A stretch of DNA of 64,000 nt from the IMG/VR virus record IMGVR_UViG_3300048507_000465, positions 18,017 to 82,016 of that record; one strand, 5' to 3'. Both the position numbers and the translations under genes were made by a program. Below the pieces are notes generated by a model. The model was not told where the DNA came from, made no database searches, and worked only from the letters and a program-made list of their open reading frames with translations. The DNA is from a virus. Positions 18,630-27,035 of this stretch are shown here, piece by piece. How positions within the stretch are numbered: position 1 is the stretch's first letter; each line of letters begins with the position of its first letter.

Positions 18630-19338
18630 CGGTGAATTATTTAGAGACAATTTACGTGATGCTCATTGGTTAGGAGAGGTAGTTGATATTGAAGACCCTC
18701 TTCTTCAAGGTAGAGCAAGGGTAAAGGTATATGGTAAATTTGACAAGTTAACAAACGATGCTATTCCATGGGCAACACCACAGAATAGAGAGGCTCCTGG
18801 TATGCATGTTGTACCTAGAGTTGGTGATATTGTTGCAGTTAGATTTGATAATGGAAATATCTACCACCCAGAATACTGGTTTCAAGTAGATCAAAACGAA
18901 GATTTAAAAGCAGATATTCTAGAAGCTTCAAGTGCTCCACATGATGTTATCTCATTAGTATACGATGCTGAAAGAAATGTAAGAATTTACCACTCTCCAG
19001 AAGATGGCCTAGTAATTACAAGAGGCGAAGGCGCAAAAGAAAGGCCTATGCTTCAAATCGACGAAGAAGGTTTTATTAAGATCTCAACGGATGCTAAAAT
19101 CTTTATGGATTGTGGTGATATATTTGTATCTAATACCGGAGAGGGCGGAGCAGATGAAACTGAACCTGCAGTAAGAGGACAGTCTTTACAAGATTGGCTA
19201 CAAGCTTTATTAGATGACTATAATGCACATATACATCCAACAGGTGTCGGACCATCAGGTCCTCCAATGCCTCCTACTCCAGCAACAGTAGCAAAACTAT
19301 CTAGCACTCATATTAACTATCAACAAAAAGGTAAATAA
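18622..19338 (+). CDS. baseplate central spike (gp5/gpV-like OB fold, no lysozyme domain)
   Basis: GEVVDIEDPL..GRARVKVYG..PWA..VPRVGDIVAVRF..P OB-fold; C-terminal HIHP. Confidence 0.85.
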   Translation: MNNGELFRDNLRDAHWLGEVVDIEDPLLQGRARVKVYGKFDKLTNDAIPWATPQNREAPGMHVVPRVGDIVAVRFDNGNIYHPEYWFQVDQNEDLKADILEASSAPHDVISLVYDAERNVRIYHSPEDGLVITRGEGAKERPMLQIDEEGFIKISTDAKIFMDCGDIFVSNTGEGGADETEPAVRGQSLQDWLQALLDDYNAHIHPTGVGPSGPPMPPTPATVAKLSSTHINYQQKGK

Positions 19339-19340
19339 TT

Positions 19341-21260
19341 ATGCCAGCAAATTGGGGAGCATTTATTCCAGCGTTAGCAAGTACATTACAAAGCCAGAAG
19401 TTTACTAAACCAGGTGGAGCTGGTATTTCTTATGAGCTTCCGGTGCAAGATTCTGTAGTTGGAAATCCCGCTAATGCCGTATTAAAATCTAACCAGGCAG
19501 ATTATATTAATTCTTTTAATGCTAATCCACTTTCTGGTAGATATGATTTTGGTAAAGAAGTTGCTCAACATTATTTAGACGCTGTAAAGAATATGGCACA
19601 AACTCACGTTGGGGAATTACATATTAATAACGGGGGTGCTGAGACACTTTTAAAAGAAGGGTATGGTATTGCATTCGAAAGACTTTTAAGAGAGGGAGAT
19701 ATACCTCTACAAGACCAATACGATGAGGATGGTAATCTGATTGAGATGGGTAAAGAGTCTCATCCTGCATATGCTGATTTCTGCCCAGAGGTTAAAGAAC
19801 CAGACGCAGAAGCTTTAGCTAAAATTGAAGCTGAAAACACTAAAGCATTTAATGCATTTGCGAATGGTGAAAATATTCAAAACTATAATCTACATAAATT
19901 TAAGTTTTATCAATTCCCATGCCTGACAGGTGAAGAAACTCAAAGAGAATTAGAAGTTGTCTTTGCTACTAGGATTTTAATGGGTTATCAGATGATGACT
20001 ACAGGAGAGCAAAGGTGGGATTACTTTGTTTGGGTTTGTCATTTAGGTAAAGCTAATTATGATACCACTGCTTATTATGGTAATTACAGTGGTATACAAG
20101 GTAGGCCATACCGTAATATATCTACTAGATGTAGAAACGATATTAATAATGCTGGTTATGAATATACAGAATTAGCTGATAATGTATCTAAGCTTGCAAA
20201 AGATGCCCTTTTAGCAGCACATCCTGTAGCTGAAGATGATGGATATTACATAGGTGTTAGTTCTGCAATAAAAAAGAGAATTAAAAGAGGCCCAGTAAAT
20301 GAAATAGAATACCCTACACTAGAGGATGAATCTGGTAAAGATATTACTCCGGATTTTTGTCCTATTAATCCATATAAAATACAAGTGGCTTATGACTTTG
20401 AAGAGGATAGCCAAAGACCTAAGATTCTAACATCGAATGTAGTAGCAACATTTACATATTATCCAGGTACTAGAGAAACTGATGGTAATTTCGGTTCTAA
20501 TAACGATGTTCCATTTATTACTAATAACCTAAAATGTGAATTTAGGAAAAATGGGTTGCATTATGAAAAGACTACTAATTGGGTAAAACAGAAGTATGAG
20601 GTTAATGAGTGGAAGAAGAAATGGAGAAGAGTCCCACCTGAAGGTAAATTACTAGCAGCTGCTAGAGCAAGTGATGATCTTAAATTTATGGGTAAGTCAT
20701 CTCCTACTTATGCCTTCTTAGCATTAGGTTGGAATGGTGATAATTTTACTGGAGGAGAAGCCGGAACTCAATATAAGTTTGAGTATCATAGAGCATATTG
20801 TGCAGTTAAAGCTGCTGAAAATTGTGAAGAACCAATGACTGAAGTCGGACATCCATGGGATCCAAGTGGAACTACTCCTGGTGGTAAATCATTTAGCGGA
20901 GATCCTTATATGATGATGGCAAGAGTTACAATAGCATATTGGTATGCTTGTATTGTTAAACCATTTAAGCCAACCCCATCTGCACCACCAGCCCTAATAC
21001 CAGCACCACTAACAGGAATTTACATTCCAATCTATTATGGAAGTGCAAATCGTCTAGCGAATAATCTGAGAAGAGCTTGGAATACAGGTAAATCTTTTGC
21101 AACACCTGGAACTCAGGCTCCAGCATCAAATGCAACCGCAACTGCAGTAGCAGGAGCTTATGCGTTACATTTATTAGAGTTTAAATTATTATACCTTGGA
21201 GGTATACCAACTCCCGCAGGACCAGTTCCGATGGTAGGTTTTGTACCGATTGTATTTTAA
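19341..21260 (+). CDS. hypothetical virion protein directly downstream of the spike gene
   Basis: Coupled to the spike gene; hydrophobic Pro/Gly-rich C-terminus. Confidence 0.6.
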   Translation: MPANWGAFIPALASTLQSQKFTKPGGAGISYELPVQDSVVGNPANAVLKSNQADYINSFNANPLSGRYDFGKEVAQHYLDAVKNMAQTHVGELHINNGGAETLLKEGYGIAFERLLREGDIPLQDQYDEDGNLIEMGKESHPAYADFCPEVKEPDAEALAKIEAENTKAFNAFANGENIQNYNLHKFKFYQFPCLTGEETQRELEVVFATRILMGYQMMTTGEQRWDYFVWVCHLGKANYDTTAYYGNYSGIQGRPYRNISTRCRNDINNAGYEYTELADNVSKLAKDALLAAHPVAEDDGYYIGVSSAIKKRIKRGPVNEIEYPTLEDESGKDITPDFCPINPYKIQVAYDFEEDSQRPKILTSNVVATFTYYPGTRETDGNFGSNNDVPFITNNLKCEFRKNGLHYEKTTNWVKQKYEVNEWKKKWRRVPPEGKLLAAARASDDLKFMGKSSPTYAFLALGWNGDNFTGGEAGTQYKFEYHRAYCAVKAAENCEEPMTEVGHPWDPSGTTPGGKSFSGDPYMMMARVTIAYWYACIVKPFKPTPSAPPALIPAPLTGIYIPIYYGSANRLANNLRRAWNTGKSFATPGTQAPASNATATAVAGAYALHLLEFKLLYLGGIPTPAGPVPMVGFVPIVF

Positions 21261-21670
21261 CCCCAGTCCTTTTCGAAAGTGTACCAATGGTCTGCGGACG
21301 CACAGTCACGAAGAGCATCAAGAACCATATAAACCTTTTCGTCAATAGTTAGATTGTTTAGAACGGCGCCTACGTGCATCTCAATTAGTTCATCAGAGTC
21401 AAGGTAAGAAGATACATGTCCAGCAATTCCAGTAACCAATCTATAAGCATTATCTTTTACGCTGTTGTATCTAATACCTGAATGATAATCAGTATAAGTA
21501 TCTACTTCAGATGCTTGTTTAATCATTTTATCCCAGAGTTTATCGCCGAGTAAGTCTCGAACCTCTTGGCAAATAGATTGAATCTGGTCTTTGTGTTTAA
21601 GAACAGCTTGATAGCCTGAACCACCAACCCCGTTACATTTGATTTCTTTATAGTTAAATTGTTTATTCAT
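21257..21670 (-). CDS. hypothetical early protein (antisense insertion)
   Basis: 137-aa ORF filling the gap, preceded by the repeated early-promoter cassette. Confidence 0.75.
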   Translation of the reverse strand: MNKQFNYKEIKCNGVGGSGYQAVLKHKDQIQSICQEVRDLLGDKLWDKMIKQASEVDTYTDYHSGIRYNSVKDNAYRLVTGIAGHVSSYLDSDELIEMHVGAVLNNLTIDEKVYMVLDALRDCASADHWYTFEKDWG

Positions 21671-21679
21671 ATTATTTAG

Positions 21680-21743
21680 TTTTAATTACAGTACTAATAT
21701 ACGAAAAATAATTGACATAAAAAAATTATTCGGTAATTATTTT
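21680..21743 (-). promoter_or_regulatory. early promoter cassette, copy 1 (64-bp repeat)
   Basis: 58/64 identical to 52407-52470; minus strand reads ..TTTTTCGTATATTAGTACTGTAATTAAAA, resembling the Bacteroidota -7 element TAnnTTTG. Confidence 0.8.
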
Positions 21744-21787
21744 GTAGGAAAAGCCAGCTTTTTTAACGCTGCAGCTAAAATAAAGGT

Positions 21788-21795
21788 GATATATA
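21788..21795 (+). promoter_or_regulatory. putative late promoter GATATATA
   Basis: Intergenic copy upstream of 21820. Confidence 0.6.
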
Positions 21796-21819
21796 TTATG
21801 CAGCATTAATTAAAAACAT

Positions 21820-23088
21820 ATGATCGCAAAAAAATTATTTAAGTGGAATCGATTTGACTTACCTATAAAGCATTTATTTTTAAAGTTTTATAGTAAAGGT
21901 ATTAAATCTGATTTTGCTGAAAACGCATATAAGGAGCATTTAAAGTTATGGAATAATTTTAAAGAATACGGCAATCCTAATAAAAACACATACGATGCTT
22001 TTAAATCTGATTTTATTAATATTTTTAATGATATAAAAAATAATAATTTTAATTGGGAAAAGTCACCGGTAGTAATAGATAATAATGATTTCTTACTAAA
22101 TGGAGCACATAGAGCTGCATCCGCGAGTTTATTAGAAAAGCATGTTGAGTGTAAAATCGGAAGTGAGTTAAATAGAGATGGTCAAAAAATATGTGACTAT
22201 AGAATGTTTAATAACTTAAACCTTTCTCAGCAGTATAAAGACGCTGCTGCATTAGAACTTGCTAGACTTAATTCCGAAGAACATCTTATTATTAGTTTAT
22301 TTCCAGCAGCGACACATAGTAGAACTGTAGTAGAAAATATTATTTCTAAATACTGTGGAATTTCATATAAAAAGGATATATGGCTTAATAATACAGGTGC
22401 GTTTAATTATATGCTTCAACTGTATAAAGGAGAAGCATGGGCAGGAGGTTGGTCAAATAATTTTGCTGGATTTAGAGAGAAGGCAAGATTATGTTTTACT
22501 AATGAAACTACTCCAATGGTAGTTTACTTAGTAAATTTATCTGATTTAAAAATCGCTAGACAACTTAAAGAAGAAATACGAAAAGTGTATAATATCGGAA
22601 ACCATTCAGTTCATATTAATGATACTCCTGAAGAAACCTTACGTTTAGCAAGATGTTTATTTAATGAAAATAGTATTCATTTTTTAAACAATGCAGAATT
22701 AAAAAATTATACAAATTTCTTAAATCAATTAGATTATTTTAAAAACAATATAAACGAAAATAATTTAGATATTGAAGATTATTGTATTACTGCAAGTTCT
22801 GTTCTTTCAATATATGGTTTAAGAGAAGGTAACGACATAGATTATATCCACCACGATAACATAAAAATAGAAGGCAACTCTATGGTTAGTAGCCACAATA
22901 CTTACGGTGAAAACCTATATCCATATAAATATGATGAAATAATATACAATCCTCAACATCACTTTTATGCGGGTGGTATAAAATTCACATCTTTAGATAT
23001 TGTTAAAAAACTTAAAGAAAAAAGAGGCGAAGAAAAAGACGTAATCGACATAAAATTGATTGATAATTTTTTAAAGAAAATAGGTTGA
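21820..23088 (+). CDS. multidomain enzyme: ParB/Srx-like + NDK-like + nucleotidyltransferase-like
   Basis: PVVID..LLNGAHR (ParB/Srx); GNHSVHINDT.EE (NDK-like His motif); TASSVL..YGLREGNDIDY (pol-beta NTase-like). Confidence 0.55.
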   Translation: MIAKKLFKWNRFDLPIKHLFLKFYSKGIKSDFAENAYKEHLKLWNNFKEYGNPNKNTYDAFKSDFINIFNDIKNNNFNWEKSPVVIDNNDFLLNGAHRAASASLLEKHVECKIGSELNRDGQKICDYRMFNNLNLSQQYKDAAALELARLNSEEHLIISLFPAATHSRTVVENIISKYCGISYKKDIWLNNTGAFNYMLQLYKGEAWAGGWSNNFAGFREKARLCFTNETTPMVVYLVNLSDLKIARQLKEEIRKVYNIGNHSVHINDTPEETLRLARCLFNENSIHFLNNAELKNYTNFLNQLDYFKNNINENNLDIEDYCITASSVLSIYGLREGNDIDYIHHDNIKIEGNSMVSSHNTYGENLYPYKYDEIIYNPQHHFYAGGIKFTSLDIVKKLKEKRGEEKDVIDIKLIDNFLKKIG

Positions 23089-23094
23089 TATATA
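23087..23094 (+). promoter_or_regulatory. putative late promoter GATATATA
   Basis: Upstream of the S1 gene. Confidence 0.6.
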
Positions 23095-23133
23095 ATATGT
23101 TACTAAGATAGTATAACTTTTAAATAAAAATAA

Positions 23134-24426
23134 ATGTCAGACAAAAAAAGAAGAAGAATTGGCAATGACGCCAATACAGTAGTTGTAACAGATCCTACTT
23201 CAGTTACACAAGAAGAAGCTAACACAAACACTAAAGTTAGCGAAGATCAAGAATCTAAAAACCCACACGCAGAATTTTACGACGAAAATGGAGAGTTTCT
23301 TTGGGAGAAATACGAAGGTACTTGCCCGACTCATTATAGGAAACCAAACCCCCACATTAGGACAAATAACGGAGATAAGGTATTTTCAAGAGAACCGTAT
23401 GCACAAGAGCTATACGATAAAATGGAAGCGCACGGCCAGGATATTAAGCCTAATGTTTTTGTAGGTGAAATTCACGCAGGTATAATATATGCAATTGATA
23501 GTACTTGGATTACTGTTGATATTGGATATAGAGAGTTAGTCTATGTAAAGTTTGGAAAAGAATCTGAAGAAGTTCGACAGTCTTCTGTTGGTGATGAAAC
23601 TGCAGTTTTAATTACAGAAACTAAAGGTACATTAACTGGAAGTATTTCAGGTGGTGTTAGACAGAAAACTTTTATGGATCTTAGAGATGCAATTGAAGAG
23701 GGTAGAACTGCATGGATTGGTAAGGTCGATAATATGATTGAGAACGGAGGATATACCGTAAGTGTACAAGGAATTAAATGCTTTATGCCAGGTTCTTTAG
23801 CAGGTATTAATAAGCTTTCTAATTTTGAATCTATAATTGGAGAAGAATTATATGTAGTTCCGGTTAGTTTTTCACCGGACAGGGGTACAATAGTAGTATC
23901 ACATAGGAAATATTTACAGGCGTTAATTCCTACTGAAATAGAAAATTTAAAGCAAACTTTAGAAGAAGAAAAGACTGGTAAAGTAACAGGTACTGCTAAA
24001 TACGGAGTATTTGTTGAATTTAGCAAATGCTTAACTGGTATGATTCATAATAATGATTTAGATGAAGAAACTTTAAGTAAGTTTAAATCAAGAGAAATTA
24101 AGCCTGGGGACTCTATTAATTTTAAGGTTAAAGATATTGTTAGTAATACTAAAATAACATTAACTCAAAAGGAAGTTGTAAATGTTAATCCATGGTTAAA
24201 TATATCACAAAAATATACAATACCATCTACAGTTGAAGCTATTGTAAAGTCTAAAAAAGATTATGGTTTATTCATAAATATAGAAGATGGCATTACTGGA
24301 TTGTTACATGTTAGTGAACTAACACCAGAAACTATGTCGGTATTTAGTTCTGGTGATAAAATTACTGTACAGATTACAAGAATAGACGAAGATGCTATGA
24401 AAGTATTTTTAAAGATGCCTCAATAA
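23134..24426 (+). CDS. rpsA: phage-encoded ribosomal protein S1 homologue (4 S1/OB domains)
   Basis: VDIGY; GGYTV..CFMPGS..IVVSHRK; GKVTGTAKYGVFVEF..GMIH; DYGLFINIEDGITGLLHVSEL..GDKITVQI. Confidence 0.88.
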   Translation: MSDKKRRRIGNDANTVVVTDPTSVTQEEANTNTKVSEDQESKNPHAEFYDENGEFLWEKYEGTCPTHYRKPNPHIRTNNGDKVFSREPYAQELYDKMEAHGQDIKPNVFVGEIHAGIIYAIDSTWITVDIGYRELVYVKFGKESEEVRQSSVGDETAVLITETKGTLTGSISGGVRQKTFMDLRDAIEEGRTAWIGKVDNMIENGGYTVSVQGIKCFMPGSLAGINKLSNFESIIGEELYVVPVSFSPDRGTIVVSHRKYLQALIPTEIENLKQTLEEEKTGKVTGTAKYGVFVEFSKCLTGMIHNNDLDEETLSKFKSREIKPGDSINFKVKDIVSNTKITLTQKEVVNVNPWLNISQKYTIPSTVEAIVKSKKDYGLFINIEDGITGLLHVSELTPETMSVFSSGDKITVQITRIDEDAMKVFLKMPQ

Positions 24427-24443
24427 CTATCTAAGAAGAGCTT

Positions 24444-24451
24444 GATATATA
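24444..24451 (+). promoter_or_regulatory. putative late promoter GATATATA
   Basis: Intergenic, upstream of the amidoligase. Confidence 0.6.
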
Positions 24452-24477
24452 TTGAAAGATAATATCATACTCTTAAT

Positions 24478-25791
24478 ATGCAAAAATTAAACCAAAAGTC
24501 AGAAAGAAGCTCGATCCTTAATGGTAGTCAGATAGGGATCGAGTTTGAATTCTATTCTAATTTAGAACTGGATGAGACTAAAGAGTCTTTATCTAAACTT
24601 TTAAATAGAAAAATTAAGCTAGAAGATAAAGCTCATTCTGATTTTCAACCAAGCGCAGAAGTTTTTAAAATGGAGCCGGACATGTCTGGTGGTATTGGGC
24701 TAATTGAATTAGTTACAGGTCCTATGCCGTATAGGAGTGCTAGGGTTGTTATTATGAAAATGTTAGGATGGATTAGAGAGAATGGTTATACAACTGACCG
24801 TGCCTCTATCCACTTAAATATGTCTTTTAACCCAGATTACTTAGAAGACATTGATATGGTTTCTAAAATGAATATTTTAAAGTTTATTTTAGAATTTGAT
24901 GAAAAGAGAGTCTATAAATATTTCCCAAATAGAGAGAATTCGACATACGCTAAATCTATTAAATGGGTTATGCCAAAAAACGAAGCGTTCTATTACAATG
25001 AGAACTTAATTAGTTCAGATAACTTTACATTTGCTAATACTAAATATTATGGTATTAACTTTGAAAAGGCACAAAAGAATTATTTAGAGTTTAGATATAT
25101 TGGGGGTAAAGATTATGAAAAAAGGTATGATGATATTATGCATCTTGCCGAATCTTTTATTATGGCTGTTTGGAGATCTTGTTATAGTCCAGTGTTTACG
25201 ACTGAGAATAAAATAGAATTAAAAAGGATTTTAGATAAAAATAGACCTCTTATGGAAATGTTAAAAGACTATTCCGCCGTAAATAAATATTGGCCTAAGA
25301 TAAATATATTAGTAGATTTACAAGATGCTGAACAGATTATTAGAGTACAATGGAATAGGTTTAAGAAAAAAGTCTTAGAATTATTATCAGAAGGATCTTT
25401 AGAATCTGGAACTATTAACTATGACTCCGATTACTCTGTTGTTCAAGTTAAAGATGGTATATTTAAAACTGCTTACTTATTAAATGACTTTGAATTTATA
25501 GATTGTGAAATCTCAGGTAACATTGAAAACTCGGAAATTTACGGGGGCAAGGTTACAGGAGCACAAATACTTAGATCAAATTTATATAAAAGTGTTGAAA
25601 TTATGGATTCAAAAGTAGAATCATCATACGTACATGGAAGTTGTACTTTAAAAAATTGTTATGTGTTTGGCAAAGACGGTATTTTTAAAGGTAAAATGGA
25701 AGGTGGTATTTTTAGAGAAGGCGGCGTGGGACCTCATGCTAGATTTTCTGATGAGACTGAAGTAATTGTAAGTAAAAAAATTAAAACATAA
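24478..25791 (+). CDS. putative amidoligase (COOH-NH2 ligase, Amidoligase_2-like) with C-terminal beta-helix-like repeats
   Basis: GIEFEF, PDMS, IELVT, ASIHLNMS, KYYGIN, LEFR motifs. Confidence 0.75.
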   Translation: MQKLNQKSERSSILNGSQIGIEFEFYSNLELDETKESLSKLLNRKIKLEDKAHSDFQPSAEVFKMEPDMSGGIGLIELVTGPMPYRSARVVIMKMLGWIRENGYTTDRASIHLNMSFNPDYLEDIDMVSKMNILKFILEFDEKRVYKYFPNRENSTYAKSIKWVMPKNEAFYYNENLISSDNFTFANTKYYGINFEKAQKNYLEFRYIGGKDYEKRYDDIMHLAESFIMAVWRSCYSPVFTTENKIELKRILDKNRPLMEMLKDYSAVNKYWPKINILVDLQDAEQIIRVQWNRFKKKVLELLSEGSLESGTINYDSDYSVVQVKDGIFKTAYLLNDFEFIDCEISGNIENSEIYGGKVTGAQILRSNLYKSVEIMDSKVESSYVHGSCTLKNCYVFGKDGIFKGKMEGGIFREGGVGPHARFSDETEVIVSKKIKT

Positions 25792-25792
25792 A

Positions 25793-26641
25793 ATGAGTGA
25801 AATTAGAAGCGGTACTAGCGGTTTAGATAGTCCAAGAAACTTTGGTGGTAATTGTTTAAACGATTTCTTAGCAGAAATAGGTGACGACTTAACAGGTGCT
25901 TGTATGGTTCCTGTAAATTTACCGCAAAAAGAAATTATGAATATAGTTAAAAGAGCTAAGAAATGGTTCTATAAACAATATGAAGATTCTGTTCAAGAAA
26001 ATTACTACCACGTACCGAAAGAAGTATTTGAATCTGATTACTTTAAAAAGAATAGATGCTTAAATTTACCAGGTCCTAGCGGGGTTAATGGTGAAGAAGG
26101 TGGCGCTGTATATTCTGTGTTTGGGGTTTATGATACTGGTTCTGGTTTTAATGGAACTGGCTCTGGGTTAGATTTAAGATTTCAAGGCGGACAAGACTTT
26201 GCTTTAGAAAAAATGTTATTTAGAGGAATGTACGATGGCTCTGGCCCAGCTGAAGCAGCAGAAGAACTACAATATTACGTTTTAAACGCTTCTATGGCAG
26301 ATCTATCTAGACAAATTTTAGAGAACCCTATTAGTTTTCAATATGCCAGATTGAACGGTAAGTTAAAAATAATGGGAGATACTCCAAAGGGAGACTTAAT
26401 ATTACAGGTATACGAAACTATATCTGATTGCGCACTTTATTCTGATGAAATATTTTTTAGATATGTAAGTGCTAGGGTAAAACAATCATTAGGTGCTAAG
26501 TTAGGCATCTTTAAATTTGCATTACCTGGTAATGTAGAGTTTGATTATGACGCTATTAAAGACATGGGAGACACCGAGTTAGAGTCGATAATAGAAGAAA
26601 TTAAAGGCGACGAGGGCGTGGATTGGATGTTCCACTCATAA
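25793..26641 (+). CDS. neck/head-completion protein (T4 gp13-like)
   Basis: Helical ends (AKKWFY..; YVSARVKQSLG..LPGNVEFDYDAIKDMGDTELE) typical of gp13 adaptors. Confidence 0.65.
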   Translation: MSEIRSGTSGLDSPRNFGGNCLNDFLAEIGDDLTGACMVPVNLPQKEIMNIVKRAKKWFYKQYEDSVQENYYHVPKEVFESDYFKKNRCLNLPGPSGVNGEEGGAVYSVFGVYDTGSGFNGTGSGLDLRFQGGQDFALEKMLFRGMYDGSGPAEAAEELQYYVLNASMADLSRQILENPISFQYARLNGKLKIMGDTPKGDLILQVYETISDCALYSDEIFFRYVSARVKQSLGAKLGIFKFALPGNVEFDYDAIKDMGDTELESIIEEIKGDEGVDWMFHS

Positions 26642-26661
26642 TAAGCCGAATACATATATAA

Positions 26662-27018
26662 ATGGATTTTTATATTAAAGACATAGGTGACCCAAATTAC
26701 CAATCGAGTACAGTTCAATCGAATGGTGAGGTAGAACAATTAACACAACAAATTGAAACTATCTTATTTACAAATAGAAGAGATATTTTAGGATCTCCTG
26801 GGTTTGGTTGTAATTTAGAAGATATGGTTTACTCTATGGGTATGAATGACTATCAAATTAGATCTACAATTACAGATCAGATATTTGCGTATTGTCCATT
26901 AGCTACAAAATATAATGTAAATGTAAATGTCAACTTTTTTAAAGGAGAAGTAAGGGATATTGCATTTATTGATATTACTGTGAATAATAAGTATTTAATT
27001 CAAGTAAATCTAAGATAA
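26662..27018 (+). CDS. baseplate wedge/sheath initiator gp25-like
   Basis: QQIETILFT..LGSPGFGCNL gp25/GPW motif. Confidence 0.85.
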   Translation: MDFYIKDIGDPNYQSSTVQSNGEVEQLTQQIETILFTNRRDILGSPGFGCNLEDMVYSMGMNDYQIRSTITDQIFAYCPLATKYNVNVNVNFFKGEVRDIAFIDITVNNKYLIQVNLR

Positions 27019-27023
27019 AAACG

Positions 27024-27031
27024 GATAAATA
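27024..27031 (+). promoter_or_regulatory. putative late promoter GATAAATA
   Basis: 4 nt before ATG 27036. Confidence 0.65.
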
Positions 27032-27035
27032 AATA

